DNA from: Thainema sp. | GTDB lineage: Bacteria > Cyanobacteriota > Cyanobacteriia > Phormidesmidales > Phormidesmidaceae | Length of the DNA stretch: 64,000 nt | Reading direction: 5' to 3' | Assembly: GCA_052168235.1 (NCBI GenBank) | Contig: JBQLZK010000021.1 | Coordinates: forward strand, 31,620-95,619 | Shown: one piece after another, positions 10,081 to 20,028 of the stretch | Layout of the letters: each line of letters opens with the position of its first letter | How positions within the stretch are numbered: position 1 is the stretch's first letter | The notes under the pieces: model-generated | What the model was told of the DNA's origin: nothing | What the model saw: the letters and a program-made list of their open reading frames with translations, nothing else | Database searches by the model: none | Position numbers and translations under genes: made by a program

Positions 10081-12663
10081 ATGATTTTGCGTTTTAAGCG
10101 ATCGCCGCTCTTTTATCTAATCCTTAGTATTTTAAGCCTGAGTCTGTCCCTTGCTCTGCCAACAGCGCGAGTACTCTCGGCAACACCCACGACTGCATCA
10201 TTTAGTATTTCAGCGGTTAGCAATTTATCTGCCAACTCATCCCAATCTTTACTAGAACAAGGCCGTAGCCTTTATCGAGCCGGGCAATTTGGAGACGCAA
10301 TTACTATCTGGCAGCAGGCCATTCAGCAGTATCAGAGTCAAGGCGATTCACTCAATCAGGCACTCGGCCTCAGCTATCTCTCGCTAGCTTATCAGGAGCT
10401 TTATCAGTGGGATGCAGCTCAACAGTCAATTGAGCAAAGCTTGGATCTGTTGCAAGCGGCTCAATCAACAGCAGATGCCATTTTGTGGGCACAGGCACTC
10501 AATACCCAAGCGAGCCTGCAGCTCAACACCGGCCAAGCCGAATTGGCGTTGGAAACCTGGCAGCAAGCGCAAACCTATTACGAACAAGCAGGGGATACCA
10601 GCGGTAGCTTAGGTAGCCAAATCAACCAGGCACAGGCATTACAGAGCTTGGGCTTCTATCGCCGCTCAAAACAGCAACTCGAATCGCTGGCTCAGCAACT
10701 AGAGGCAATGCCTGATGCAGATATGAAAGTTAGCGGATTGCGATCGCTAGGTTTATCTCTACAAATGATTGGCGATACAGTCGGCAGTCAGCAGGCATTG
10801 GAACAGAGTTTAGCGATCGCACAAGACATTGGTGCAACGGCGCAACTGAGCTCCATCTGGTTGAATTTGGGCAAAACGTCTGCTGACTTAGGCGATCCCG
10901 ACAGCGCGCTGTATTGCTTTGATCAGGCCGAGCAGGTCGCCGTGAATCCAGGAGAACAGTTACAGGCTCGATTGGATCGATTCAAGCTGTTTCTGGACTA
11001 TGACCTGCTGGATTTAGCGACACCGGAGGCCGCCACGATCCTTCAGCAGCTTCAGGCACTGCCACCGAATCATCTATCGCTCTATGCGGCGATCAACTTT
11101 ACCGCTGCGATTAACCAGATCGAAAATCCGGCTCAAGTTCTGCCGCTGAGCAATTTGTCGCAGTTGATGGCTACGACTATTCAATCGGCCCAGCAGAGCC
11201 AGGATGCTCAAGCAGAAGCCTATGCGCTGTACCAGTTAGGCCAACTTTATAAGCGGACTGAGCAGTGGGCAGACGCAAGACAGGTGACGCAGAAATCTCT
11301 CGATGTGGCTCGTCAGCTTCGAGCAGACCACATTATTTCTCAGTCAGCTTGGAGCTTGGGCCAAGTGTATCGCCAAGAAGGAAAGCGGACGGAAGCTATT
11401 AGCGCTTATACAGAAGCCGTCAATGCTTTAAAGGCTTTACGAACTGATTTAGCGTCCATTAATTCCGACGTTCAGTTTTCATTTCAGGAAAGTGTCGAGC
11501 CAGTCTATCGAGAACTAGTTGATTTGCTGCTTGATGGTCAGCCCAGTCAAACAGCTTTGTTAGAAGCCCGTGAATTGATTGAATCGCTTCAGGTGGCAGA
11601 ACTAGATGATTTCTTCCACGAAGCCTGTTTAGATGAAACCGAGCGGGTTGAGATTGACCAAGTTGATCCGGCAGCAACCGTCATTTATCCGATTATTCTG
11701 CCAGATCGCTTAGCCGTCATCCTTTCTGCGGCTGGAAAACCGCTGCACTACTATGAAACACCTGTGTCACAGGTAGAAATTGAGCAAACGTTAGACACGT
11801 TGCTAATTGGCCTCAATCCAGTTTCAGATGCCAAAGAACGCGATCGCGCTTCTCAGCAAGTATACAACTGGTTAATTCAACCGGCGGAAGCAGAGCAAAT
11901 TTTGACCGATACAAAAACATTGGTGTTTGTGTTAGATGGCCGCCTGCGTAATATTCCAATGGCGGCTCTATATGATGGCCAGAACTATTTGATTGAAAAA
12001 TATGCTGTTGCCCTTTCGCCAGGTTTACAGCTAATGGCTGCTCAGTCCCTCCAACCGAATCAAATTGACGCGATTGTGGGTGGTATTAGTCAATCCCATG
12101 AAGGCTTTAGTGCCTTACCTGCTGTTGAATCCGAAGTGCAAGAAATTTCAGAGATGGTGCCAGCTTCAGTTTTAATGAATCACGAATTTACTAGCGCTGC
12201 TCTGGCGAATCGCTTTAGAAATACAAATGCTAATGTGATTCACTTAGCGACTCATGGACAGTTTAGTTCTCGGCAAGAAGAAACCTTTCTCTTAACTTGG
12301 GATGGTCGAGTCAGCATTAAAGAACTATCGGAACTTCTAGAGAATCGCGGTAGTAAAGCCTCACAGCCGATTGAATTATTGGTTCTTAGTGCCTGTGATA
12401 CTGCTACTGGCGATGATCGGGCCGTACTTGGCTTAGCTGGCTTAGCGGTCAAATCAGGCGCTCGCTCAACGGTGGCTGCGCTTTGGCCTGTAAAGGATCG
12501 AGCTGCTGCTCAACTGATGACTCGTTTTTATGATCAGCTGCAACAGCAAGGTATGACGAAAGCTGAAGCACTACGTCAAGCTCAAATGTATCTCATTCAG
12601 CAAACTGACTTTAAAGATCCTTTCTTTTGGTCTGCCTTTGTTTTAGTGGGTAACTGGTTATAG
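10081..12663 (+). CDS. TPR-repeat CHAT domain protein (caspase/HetF-like clan CD protease) with N-terminal signal peptide
   Basis: Hydrophobic N-terminus and TPR-like helices. CHAT motifs VIHLATHGQF and LVLSACDTATGD give an intact His/Cys dyad. Ends PFFWSAFVLVGNWL. Confidence 0.92.
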   Translation: MILRFKRSPLFYLILSILSLSLSLALPTARVLSATPTTASFSISAVSNLSANSSQSLLEQGRSLYRAGQFGDAITIWQQAIQQYQSQGDSLNQALGLSYLSLAYQELYQWDAAQQSIEQSLDLLQAAQSTADAILWAQALNTQASLQLNTGQAELALETWQQAQTYYEQAGDTSGSLGSQINQAQALQSLGFYRRSKQQLESLAQQLEAMPDADMKVSGLRSLGLSLQMIGDTVGSQQALEQSLAIAQDIGATAQLSSIWLNLGKTSADLGDPDSALYCFDQAEQVAVNPGEQLQARLDRFKLFLDYDLLDLATPEAATILQQLQALPPNHLSLYAAINFTAAINQIENPAQVLPLSNLSQLMATTIQSAQQSQDAQAEAYALYQLGQLYKRTEQWADARQVTQKSLDVARQLRADHIISQSAWSLGQVYRQEGKRTEAISAYTEAVNALKALRTDLASINSDVQFSFQESVEPVYRELVDLLLDGQPSQTALLEARELIESLQVAELDDFFHEACLDETERVEIDQVDPAATVIYPIILPDRLAVILSAAGKPLHYYETPVSQVEIEQTLDTLLIGLNPVSDAKERDRASQQVYNWLIQPAEAEQILTDTKTLVFVLDGRLRNIPMAALYDGQNYLIEKYAVALSPGLQLMAAQSLQPNQIDAIVGGISQSHEGFSALPAVESEVQEISEMVPASVLMNHEFTSAALANRFRNTNANVIHLATHGQFSSRQEETFLLTWDGRVSIKELSELLENRGSKASQPIELLVLSACDTATGDDRAVLGLAGLAVKSGARSTVAALWPVKDRAAAQLMTRFYDQLQQQGMTKAEALRQAQMYLIQQTDFKDPFFWSAFVLVGNWL

Positions 12664-13118
12664 CATACAAAAGCCACAATGCAAGTTTAGATTCCTAATC
12701 AAATAGGAGCGATGAATCCGTGCTGAAATAGTTGCGATCGCAACAGGGACAAATTTGCCTAAACTCGATCAATAAATTTAGTTGATCAAGTTTAGATTGG
12801 ACAAATTCCTGTTTACTTAAAAAACATTGTTGTCGTTCGTTGATTTAGATCTCGTAAAAATACTCAGATTTGCGTAGTTTCTCTATGGTTCCGATGTGCG
12901 TAGTTGTCTATGTTACAAGTGTGTTCTCTGTTAATGATGTATCCGACAGCAAATCGTTGTTCTTAATCACTAATTTCAACCAATTTTGATTAGGAAATAA
13001 TGAGGAACTACCTGTTCGGAAAGGTTTTAGCGTGATGGATGTAGAGCCATTTTTATCATCTGCTCTATTTGTAATCGCTAGAGTTTTGTCCACATTAACC
13101 TTATCCAGGTATCACGTC

Positions 13119-14105
13119 ATGAAACGTCAACATCTGGCGAGTATGTTGAGCATTGTTGCTCTAATCGCGGGTGGTGTTTGTACCAGTGCTCAAGCTGTGA
13201 CATTTACACCCCCGACCACCAATCGGGCTCCAAGTCAAGCGACTGGCGGAGCATCGCGCGGGAGTTTCTTTATCCCTCCAGCTGACCAGGGTGCTCCGAA
13301 TCAAGCCACGGGTGGAGCCTCTCGTGGAGGCTTGTTTGTGCCTGCTGATGGTCAGCGGGCTCCTCGACAGGCAATGGGCGGAGCGTCACGCGGTGGTCTA
13401 TTTACACCTGCCGATGGCCAACGGGCTCCCCAGCATGCGGCTGGTGGAGCATCGCGCGGCGATCTGTTCACGCCTGCTGATAGTCAGCGGGCTCCCCAAC
13501 AGGCTGCTGGTGGGGCATCGCGTGTCGGCACCTACTATTTGAATCCATCAATGGTAGGGGCAGACGGCCCAGCCGCGATGATTGCGCTGACGCCTCAAAG
13601 CTACTACGGCACGACGGTGTCTGAGCGTCCCATGTTTCTGGTGTATCTGCCTGCATCCAATGCGGCGGAAGCCGTTTTTAGTCTGAAGGACGCAGCGGGC
13701 AATCTGCAATACCAGATGACGGTTCCGGTTGCCGGAGCTGTTGGTGTTGTGCCAATTCAATTGCCAGAAGATGCACCTGCCCTAGAAATTGGGGAAGACT
13801 ATCAGTGGTTAGTTGCACTCAAGGTCGATGGGCAGTTGGGGCCAAGCACGCCCTATGTCGATGGCTGGATTCAGCGGATTCAACCAAATGACGAGCTGGC
13901 AACGGCTCTGCAAGAGGGAGATGCCCTAGAACAGGCAACGGCTCTGGGTCAAGACGGTGTGTGGTATGACTGCGTGGCAATTCTTGCTTCGCTTTATGCC
14001 ACAGAGGCAGCGGATACGACCTTAACCCATCAGTGGGCAGAACTACTGTCCTCAGTTGGATTAGAAGCAATTGAAACAGCTCCCGTTTTAGCTTCTGTTC
14101 AATAG
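13119..14105 (+). CDS. DUF928 domain protein with signal peptide and five N-terminal GGASRG repeats
   Basis: GGASRG motifs, GTTVSERP.F.VY.P, Y.W..A, GWIQR and G.WYD motifs typical of DUF928. ATG at 13119 gives a good signal peptide (AQA-V). Confidence 0.85.
   Translation: MKRQHLASMLSIVALIAGGVCTSAQAVTFTPPTTNRAPSQATGGASRGSFFIPPADQGAPNQATGGASRGGLFVPADGQRAPRQAMGGASRGGLFTPADGQRAPQHAAGGASRGDLFTPADSQRAPQQAAGGASRVGTYYLNPSMVGADGPAAMIALTPQSYYGTTVSERPMFLVYLPASNAAEAVFSLKDAAGNLQYQMTVPVAGAVGVVPIQLPEDAPALEIGEDYQWLVALKVDGQLGPSTPYVDGWIQRIQPNDELATALQEGDALEQATALGQDGVWYDCVAILASLYATEAADTTLTHQWAELLSSVGLEAIETAPVLASVQ
13203..13523 (+). repeat. Five tandem ~66-bp (22-aa) coding repeats F.P.....AP.QA.GGASRG
   Basis: Read directly from the translation and the DNA. 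Confidence 0.92.
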
Positions 14106-14116
14106 ATTGGCTTACT

Positions 14117-14213
14117 CACATCTTGCACCTTGCATTTTAAGAAACCGAACAGGTTATTTTGCCGTCGCATCACGGCGGCAAAATAACCCTTCTGGGTTCT
14201 GGTGCAAGATGTG
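14117..14213. repeat. Nested inverted-repeat element (MITE-like or terminator)
   Basis: Outer IR CACATCTTGCACC (14117-14129) / GGTGCAAGATGTG (14201-14213); inner stem at 14152-14188. Confidence 0.7.
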
Positions 14214-14322
14214 CGCTCAGTAATGTCTAACGTCCAGTAGAAGTTGGTGAGTTATCCTTGCCAACTTCTTGGCCTAGCCCAACCCATATTCAATCAGCTC
14301 GCGATCGCTGTCTAGCAAAATT

Positions 14323-17148
14323 ATGTGGCGCAAGTTTCAGACTCTTCTTCAACGAACTCGTAGCGTACTGGTGATTACGCCCAGTGTGGCTTTGACTGTC
14401 ATTGTGGGTCAGTCATTTGGGTTGTTTAACCTACCGGAATGGAAGATCCGCGACGAGTGGGTGCGGTTGCGATCGCAAAATGTCGTAGCCGACGAGATTG
14501 TCATTGTCACAATTGATGAGCAGGATATTCAATCGGTCGGTAACTGGCCGGTTCCAGACTGGGCACTGGCGCAGCTACTGGAACAGATTCGGGCGCAAGA
14601 ACCGCGCAGCATCGGCCTGGATCTGTATCGCGATTTGCCGGAGGGCAGTGGCCACGAGCAGTTAGTTGAGATCTTTCAAACAACGCCTAATTTAATTGGA
14701 GTTGAGAAAATTACCGGGGAACGAGTTCCAGCGCCGCCCGCACTAAAAGAGCTCGACCAAGTGGGACTGGCAGATTTGGTGCTAGACAGCGATCGCAACG
14801 TGCGCCGCGCCCTGCTCACGGCTGGCGATGAGCAAGAGGACAACATCATCAAAGCTGGATTGGCTACCCGCGTTGCTCTCCAGTACCTGGAAGCCGAAAG
14901 TATCAGTTTAGAAAGCATTGATCCAGAGCAGCAGAAGTTTCAGTTGGGTCAACAAACTTATGTACCACTCAGCCGACAGGAAGCGGGCTACTCGAATGGG
15001 GATTTGGGCGGCTATCAGATTTTGCTGAACTGGCATGGCTCAGAAACTGCTTTCCAAACGGTTACCATGCGCGATGTGCTAGCAGGCAACGTGCCGTCGG
15101 ATTTAATGCGCGATCGCATGGTTTTTATTGGCTCGACCGCTTCGAGTACAAACGACTTTTTTGGCACTCCCTTTAGTTCCTCTTGGCTATTTGCCCAACG
15201 TCCAACACCTGGTGTCGTTGTTCATGCCAATATTGCCTACCAGCTCGTTCGCGGCGCACAGACGGGAACAGCGAATCTACGCGGCTTTTCCCGTGTCCCC
15301 TTTGCTGGCTGGATTTTACTCTGGTCTACTGTGGGGTCAGTTGGTAGCTGGTGGCTCTCAAGCGTGCAAGCGGGTAAATGGATTCCGGGCGGCAAAATCT
15401 TCTGGGCCAGCGTGGGCATTAATGGAGCACTACTGGTGGGCGGTTACGCCGGATTCTTGGGCGGTATTTTGATTCCCGTTAGTCCTGCATTGGTCGCATT
15501 GACTAGCAGCGTGATTGCCACGACAAACGCTCGCAAACAGCAAAAGCTAGAAGAAACCAACCAACAGCTCGAAATTGCTAACGCTCAGCTTCTGGACTAT
15601 TCCAAAACGCTGGAAGCCAAAGTAGAAGAGCGCACACACGAGCTAGTTCAAGCCAAACAAGCCGCTGATGCCGCCAACCAAGCCAAGAGCGAGTTCCTGG
15701 CCAATATGAGTCATGAGCTGCGCACGCCGCTCAACGGCATTTTGGGCTACGCCCAAATTCTAGAGCGCTCGCCAGCGCTCCGTCAGCAAGATCAAAAAGG
15801 GGTAGGCATTATCTATCAATGCGGCACCCACCTCCTGACGCTGATTAATGACATTCTGGATTTGTCAAAAATCGAAGCTCGCAAACTGGATTTATCACCC
15901 ACAAAGATTCATTTGCTGACGTTTTTGCATGGAGTGGCTGAAATCTGTCGCATTCGGGCCGAGCAAAAAGGTGTGTTCTTCAATATGGCCATGAACGATC
16001 GCCTACCGATGACGATTCAGGCCGATGAAAAGCGGCTGCGACAGGTTTTGATTAATCTGCTGGGAAACGCTATCAAGTTTACGGACAACGGCAAAGTCAC
16101 ATTCAAAATTGATGTCCTGCCCCAGGCTGCTCCGCCGCAAGACGAAGATGAACAGCAGGCCAATCAGCTTACCATCACGCTGCGCTTTCAAGTTGAAGAC
16201 ACTGGCATTGGCATGTCTGCCGATCAGATCGAAAAAATCTTTTTACCGTTTGAGCAGGTTGGTGAAGCTAGTCATCGCCCCGACGGTACTGGCTTGGGGC
16301 TAGCGATTAGCCAAAAAATCATCGCGCTGATGAGTAGTCAAATTCAGGTACAGAGCCGCTTAGGAGAAGGCAGCGTCTTCTGGTTTGACCTCAGTGTTCC
16401 AGTGTCCCGTGACTGGCAGGCCACAGAGCAGAACCCGACCCAACCCGTAATTGTAGGAATTCAAGGTCAATCCCCCAAAATCCTAATTATTGATGACGAT
16501 GCCAATCATCGTTCAATTTTGACGAAGCTGCTGCAGGACATCGGTTGTCAAACCCTTGCCGCCACAGACGGTGGTGAAGGATTAGCACAAGCTATGCAAC
16601 ATCAGCCCGATCTGATTGTGCTGGATTTGGCCATGCCTAATATGGATGGATTTGAGCTGATGATGAAGTTGCAGGCTAATTCAGACACTCAAGCCATTCC
16701 AATTATCGTGTCTAGTGCCAGCGTGTTTGAAGCAGACCGCGATCGCAGTTTGCAAGCTGGGGCACATACATTTCTGCCCAAACCGTTTCAAACCGATGAA
16801 CTACTCAATGCCATCAGCTCACTGCTGAATGTGGACTGGATCTATGCCGAAGTAATGCCACTGTCAACCTCTTTAATTCCTGATCCGCTGCCAGTACAGT
16901 CGTCTGCTCATCAACATAATCATCAACAGGATGAATGGGTCTTGCCTTCAGATGACGTTCTACAGCAGCTCTACCACCTGGCCATGATGGGCGACATTCC
17001 AGCGATTGAGCAGATTTTAGTGGACTTAACTCAACATTCACAGTTCGCTCCCTTTGTCGCTGAGTTACACAAGCTGGCCACTAACTTTCAAACTAAAAAA
17101 ATTCGCCAATTCCTCAAAGCTTTTGTCAAAACGGAGTCGCATCAGTAA
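14323..17148 (+). CDS. CHASE2-domain hybrid sensor histidine kinase (CHASE2-TM-HisKA-HATPase-REC)
   Basis: [24 protein letters not shown] and PGV.VHA (CHASE2); TM helices; [39 protein letters not shown] with DLAMP. Confidence 0.93.
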   Translation: MWRKFQTLLQRTRSVLVITPSVALTVIVGQSFGLFNLPEWKIRDEWVRLRSQNVVADEIVIVTIDEQDIQSVGNWPVPDWALAQLLEQIRAQEPRSIGLDLYRDLPEGSGHEQLVEIFQTTPNLIGVEKITGERVPAPPALKELDQVGLADLVLDSDRNVRRALLTAGDEQEDNIIKAGLATRVALQYLEAESISLESIDPEQQKFQLGQQTYVPLSRQEAGYSNGDLGGYQILLNWHGSETAFQTVTMRDVLAGNVPSDLMRDRMVFIGSTASSTNDFFGTPFSSSWLFAQRPTPGVVVHANIAYQLVRGAQTGTANLRGFSRVPFAGWILLWSTVGSVGSWWLSSVQAGKWIPGGKIFWASVGINGALLVGGYAGFLGGILIPVSPALVALTSSVIATTNARKQQKLEETNQQLEIANAQLLDYSKTLEAKVEERTHELVQAKQAADAANQAKSEFLANMSHELRTPLNGILGYAQILERSPALRQQDQKGVGIIYQCGTHLLTLINDILDLSKIEARKLDLSPTKIHLLTFLHGVAEICRIRAEQKGVFFNMAMNDRLPMTIQADEKRLRQVLINLLGNAIKFTDNGKVTFKIDVLPQAAPPQDEDEQQANQLTITLRFQVEDTGIGMSADQIEKIFLPFEQVGEASHRPDGTGLGLAISQKIIALMSSQIQVQSRLGEGSVFWFDLSVPVSRDWQATEQNPTQPVIVGIQGQSPKILIIDDDANHRSILTKLLQDIGCQTLAATDGGEGLAQAMQHQPDLIVLDLAMPNMDGFELMMKLQANSDTQAIPIIVSSASVFEADRDRSLQAGAHTFLPKPFQTDELLNAISSLLNVDWIYAEVMPLSTSLIPDPLPVQSSAHQHNHQQDEWVLPSDDVLQQLYHLAMMGDIPAIEQILVDLTQHSQFAPFVAELHKLATNFQTKKIRQFLKAFVKTESHQ

Positions 17149-18539
17149 TGATTTCACATTCTTTCTCCCAGTCAACTTCCACGCTGAGTCAGGCTGCTCA
17201 ATGTGATGGATCACCGAATAGCTTAGTCACTGATGCCATACCGACTTCTGTGCATATTCTGCTGGTTGATGATAATCCAACCAATCTGAAAGTGCTGTCG
17301 GAAGCCATTCAAGGCTATGGTTGGAAAGCGTTAATGGCAACGGATGGTGAATCTGCGATTGAACAGGCTGAATATGCTAGTCCTGATTTGATTTTGCTGG
17401 ATGTGATGATGCCTGGTTTGAACGGGTTCGAAACCTGCCGCAGGCTAAAAGATAATCCCCTGACTCAAAATATTCCGATCATTTTTATGACCGCTTTATC
17501 GGATGCAAGAGATAAAGTGAAAGGGTTAGAAATGGGCGCGGTCGATTATGTAACTAAGCCATTTCAACAAGAAGAAGTCGTTGCTCGGTTGAAGCTGCAT
17601 CTGAAGCTATCTCATTTAACCCGCACACTTGAGCAACAGGTGCAAGAGCGTACCGCCAAATTAGCCCAATCCTTACAGCAATTACAGCAGGCGCAACTAA
17701 AGCTGGTACAAAGCGAAAAAATGTCTGCTTTAGGTAATTTGGTTGCGGGTGTCGCCCATGAAATCAATAATCCCGTAGGCTTTTTATCGGGCAATTTACA
17801 GCCAGCACAGGATTATGTCAGCGACCTAATGCGGCTAATTGATCTATATCAGCAAACCTATCCTGAACCCACACCTGAAATTCAGGATGAGCTAGAGGAT
17901 GTGGATCTGGACTATTTACGGGATGATTTGCCTAAGCTTCTACAGTCGATGCGAGTGGGAATTGAGCGTATCCACGGCATCAGCAACAGCCTTCGGACGT
18001 TCTCCCGTGCAGATAAGGACTACAAAGTTCCGTTTGATGTTCATGAAGGATTAGATAGTACGCTGCTAATCCTGAAGCATCGCCTGAAAGCCAATGATAA
18101 TCGGCCCGATATTGAGGTGGTTAAACACTATGGTGACTTGCCTAAAATTGACTGCTTTCCTGGCCAATTAAATCAGGTCTTTATGAATATCCTGGCCAAT
18201 GCAATTGATGCACTAGAAGAATCTAATGCTGAACGCAGCTTTGCCGACATTAAAGCCAATCCTAATCAAATTACTATCAGTACCCAATTAACGGACGATC
18301 AGCAGGCCGTTGTCATTCAGCTTCAAGATAACGGCATTGGCATCAGTGAGGAGGTCAAGCAGAAAATTTTTGATCACCTGTTTACGACTAAAGATGTGGG
18401 GAAGGGAACTGGACTGGGTTTAGCCATCTCTCAACAAATCGTTGTTGAACAGCACAACGGTTCGCTAGACGTCAAAGCGTCCCCAAATCAAGGCTCTGAA
18501 TTCACGATCACCTTGCCTGTTAAGGCTCTCAACTCTTAG
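17148..18539 (+). CDS. Response regulator-histidine kinase hybrid (REC-HisKA-HATPase)
   Basis: ILLVDD..LLDVMMP..KPF; GVAHEINNP; QVFMNILANAIDA; GTGLGL. TAATG stop/start overlap with the upstream kinase. Confidence 0.92.
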   Translation: MISHSFSQSTSTLSQAAQCDGSPNSLVTDAIPTSVHILLVDDNPTNLKVLSEAIQGYGWKALMATDGESAIEQAEYASPDLILLDVMMPGLNGFETCRRLKDNPLTQNIPIIFMTALSDARDKVKGLEMGAVDYVTKPFQQEEVVARLKLHLKLSHLTRTLEQQVQERTAKLAQSLQQLQQAQLKLVQSEKMSALGNLVAGVAHEINNPVGFLSGNLQPAQDYVSDLMRLIDLYQQTYPEPTPEIQDELEDVDLDYLRDDLPKLLQSMRVGIERIHGISNSLRTFSRADKDYKVPFDVHEGLDSTLLILKHRLKANDNRPDIEVVKHYGDLPKIDCFPGQLNQVFMNILANAIDALEESNAERSFADIKANPNQITISTQLTDDQQAVVIQLQDNGIGISEEVKQKIFDHLFTTKDVGKGTGLGLAISQQIVVEQHNGSLDVKASPNQGSEFTITLPVKALNS

Positions 18540-18697
18540 GTGACTCGTTGATACTGATTGATCACTATGCATTCACATTTGTCGGCAACCTGTTTCTTGC
18601 TGGTTGCCAGCTCGTTAGCCGCTCTGGCTAACAGATCTATCTCGGTGTCCAGGTAGTGACCCAATCTGGATGATGATAGGTAAATTTGAAAATTTAC

Positions 18698-18727
18698 TTG
18701 ACGAATTTAGAGACTTTACGGCATGAT
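18698..18727 (+). promoter_or_regulatory. Putative sigma70-type promoter of tRNA-Ala
   Basis: TTGACG (18698-18703), 18 nt spacer, CATGAT, about 15 nt upstream of the tRNA. Confidence 0.45.
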
Positions 18728-18742
18728 AGTAGACGCGTATAC

Positions 18743-18815
18743 GGGGCTATAGCGCAGTTGGTAGCGCATCTCAATGGCATTGAGAGGGTCAGCGGTTCGA
18801 ATCCGCTTAGCTCCA
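18743..18815 (+). tRNA. tRNA-Ala(GGC)
   Basis: GGGGCTA acceptor stem pairing with TAGCTCC, D arm, anticodon stem TCTCA/TGAGA with loop ATGGCAT, GGTTCGAATCC T arm. CCA end not encoded. Confidence 0.96.
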
Positions 18816-18859
18816 TTCTATTATTTTCTGCACCGCCGATTTTTACATCACGACTGTCG

Positions 18860-19999
18860 TTACGGCAAAGTCTGTGCTGCTGCATCTCGACTCGGCAATT
18901 GGAAGTAAAACGATGTGCCCGCATCAACCTCAGAAGCAACCCAAATATCTCCGCCATGACTGTCGACAATTTTCTTGCAGGTTGCCAATCCAATGCCGCT
19001 ACCGGGATACTTTTCAGTCGGGTGAAGGCGTTGAAAACCCTTGAAGATGTCCTGTAGATGTTCAGATGGAATACCGATGCCGTTGTCATGAACCGCGAAG
19101 CGCCAGTAGGTTTTGTCGTGGGGAGAAGCCGCGATCGCAATTTGGGGAATCACCTGAGCGTGAACAAACTTAATGGCGTTACTAATTAAATTTTGAAATA
19201 ACTGAACTAACTGCGTCTCGTTGCCGTAAATAGCCGGGAGGTCAGAACACTGCAAAACTGCGCCGCTTTCTCTCAAAGCAATATCGAGATTGCTGAGCGC
19301 TTGCGCTAACACAGCATTACCGTCTAACCAGGCAAACGCTTGTTCTTCATGCCCAAGTTGAGCGTAATCCAGCAGATTTTGAATTAATCGCTGCATGCGA
19401 TCGCAGGCGTTAACAATGTTGTTTAAGTACTCCTGGGCTGGAGTTTGAGCCAACTCTGGGAACTGAAGGGTGATGATTTTGGTGTAGCCTGTAATGCTTT
19501 GTAAAGGTTGCTGTAGGTCGTGGGACACGATATGAGCAAACTGCTCCAGCTCTTGATTAGAGCGGGCTAGCTCTTCATTCTGAGCCGTTAGCTGCCGCTG
19601 GAGTTCCTGCAGGCGGAGCTGATTTTCGACCCGGACGAGCACTTCAGCTTCTTGAAAAGGTTTAGTAATGTAGTCCGCTCCGCCGACAGAAAAGGCGTGC
19701 ACTTTGTCTAATGCATCATCCAGGGCACTGATAAAGATAATCGGAACAGCTTGCGTGTCTGGATCTTGTTTGAGCCGCAGGCAAACTTCATAACCATCCA
19801 TCTCCGGCATTTTGATATCCAGCAGAATCAAATCAGGCGCATCTGCTTTCACTGAAGCAAGAGCTTGAGCGCTATTCAAGGCTTTACGCACCTCGTAATT
19901 GTGCTGTGTCAGTATGGCCGACAACAACCGCAAATTATCTGGTGTATCATCGACAACTAGGATTTCTTTTTTAGACGGATTTGCTGGAAGATATGGCAT
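18860..19999 (-). CDS. Response regulator-histidine kinase (REC-HisKA-HATPase, Cph1-like kinase module)
   Basis: ILVVDD..LLDIKMP; FAHIVSHDLQQPL; LFQNLISNAIKF; GSGIGLA. Alternative TTG start at 20011. Confidence 0.9.
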   Translation of the reverse strand: MPYLPANPSKKEILVVDDTPDNLRLLSAILTQHNYEVRKALNSAQALASVKADAPDLILLDIKMPEMDGYEVCLRLKQDPDTQAVPIIFISALDDALDKVHAFSVGGADYITKPFQEAEVLVRVENQLRLQELQRQLTAQNEELARSNQELEQFAHIVSHDLQQPLQSITGYTKIITLQFPELAQTPAQEYLNNIVNACDRMQRLIQNLLDYAQLGHEEQAFAWLDGNAVLAQALSNLDIALRESGAVLQCSDLPAIYGNETQLVQLFQNLISNAIKFVHAQVIPQIAIAASPHDKTYWRFAVHDNGIGIPSEHLQDIFKGFQRLHPTEKYPGSGIGLATCKKIVDSHGGDIWVASEVDAGTSFYFQLPSRDAAAQTLP

Positions 20000-20028
20000 A
20001 AAGTAAATCAAGCGCGTAGTGCAATTGT

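Noticed and set aside
13203..13523. CRISPR-like periodicity (~66 bp)
   Set aside because: The repeats are in-frame coding units with synonymous variation and similar 'spacers'; no cas genes.
18686..19140. ORFs 18686-19057 (+) and 18694-19140 (-)
   Set aside because: They overlap tRNA-Ala and the real kinase gene; shadow ORFs.
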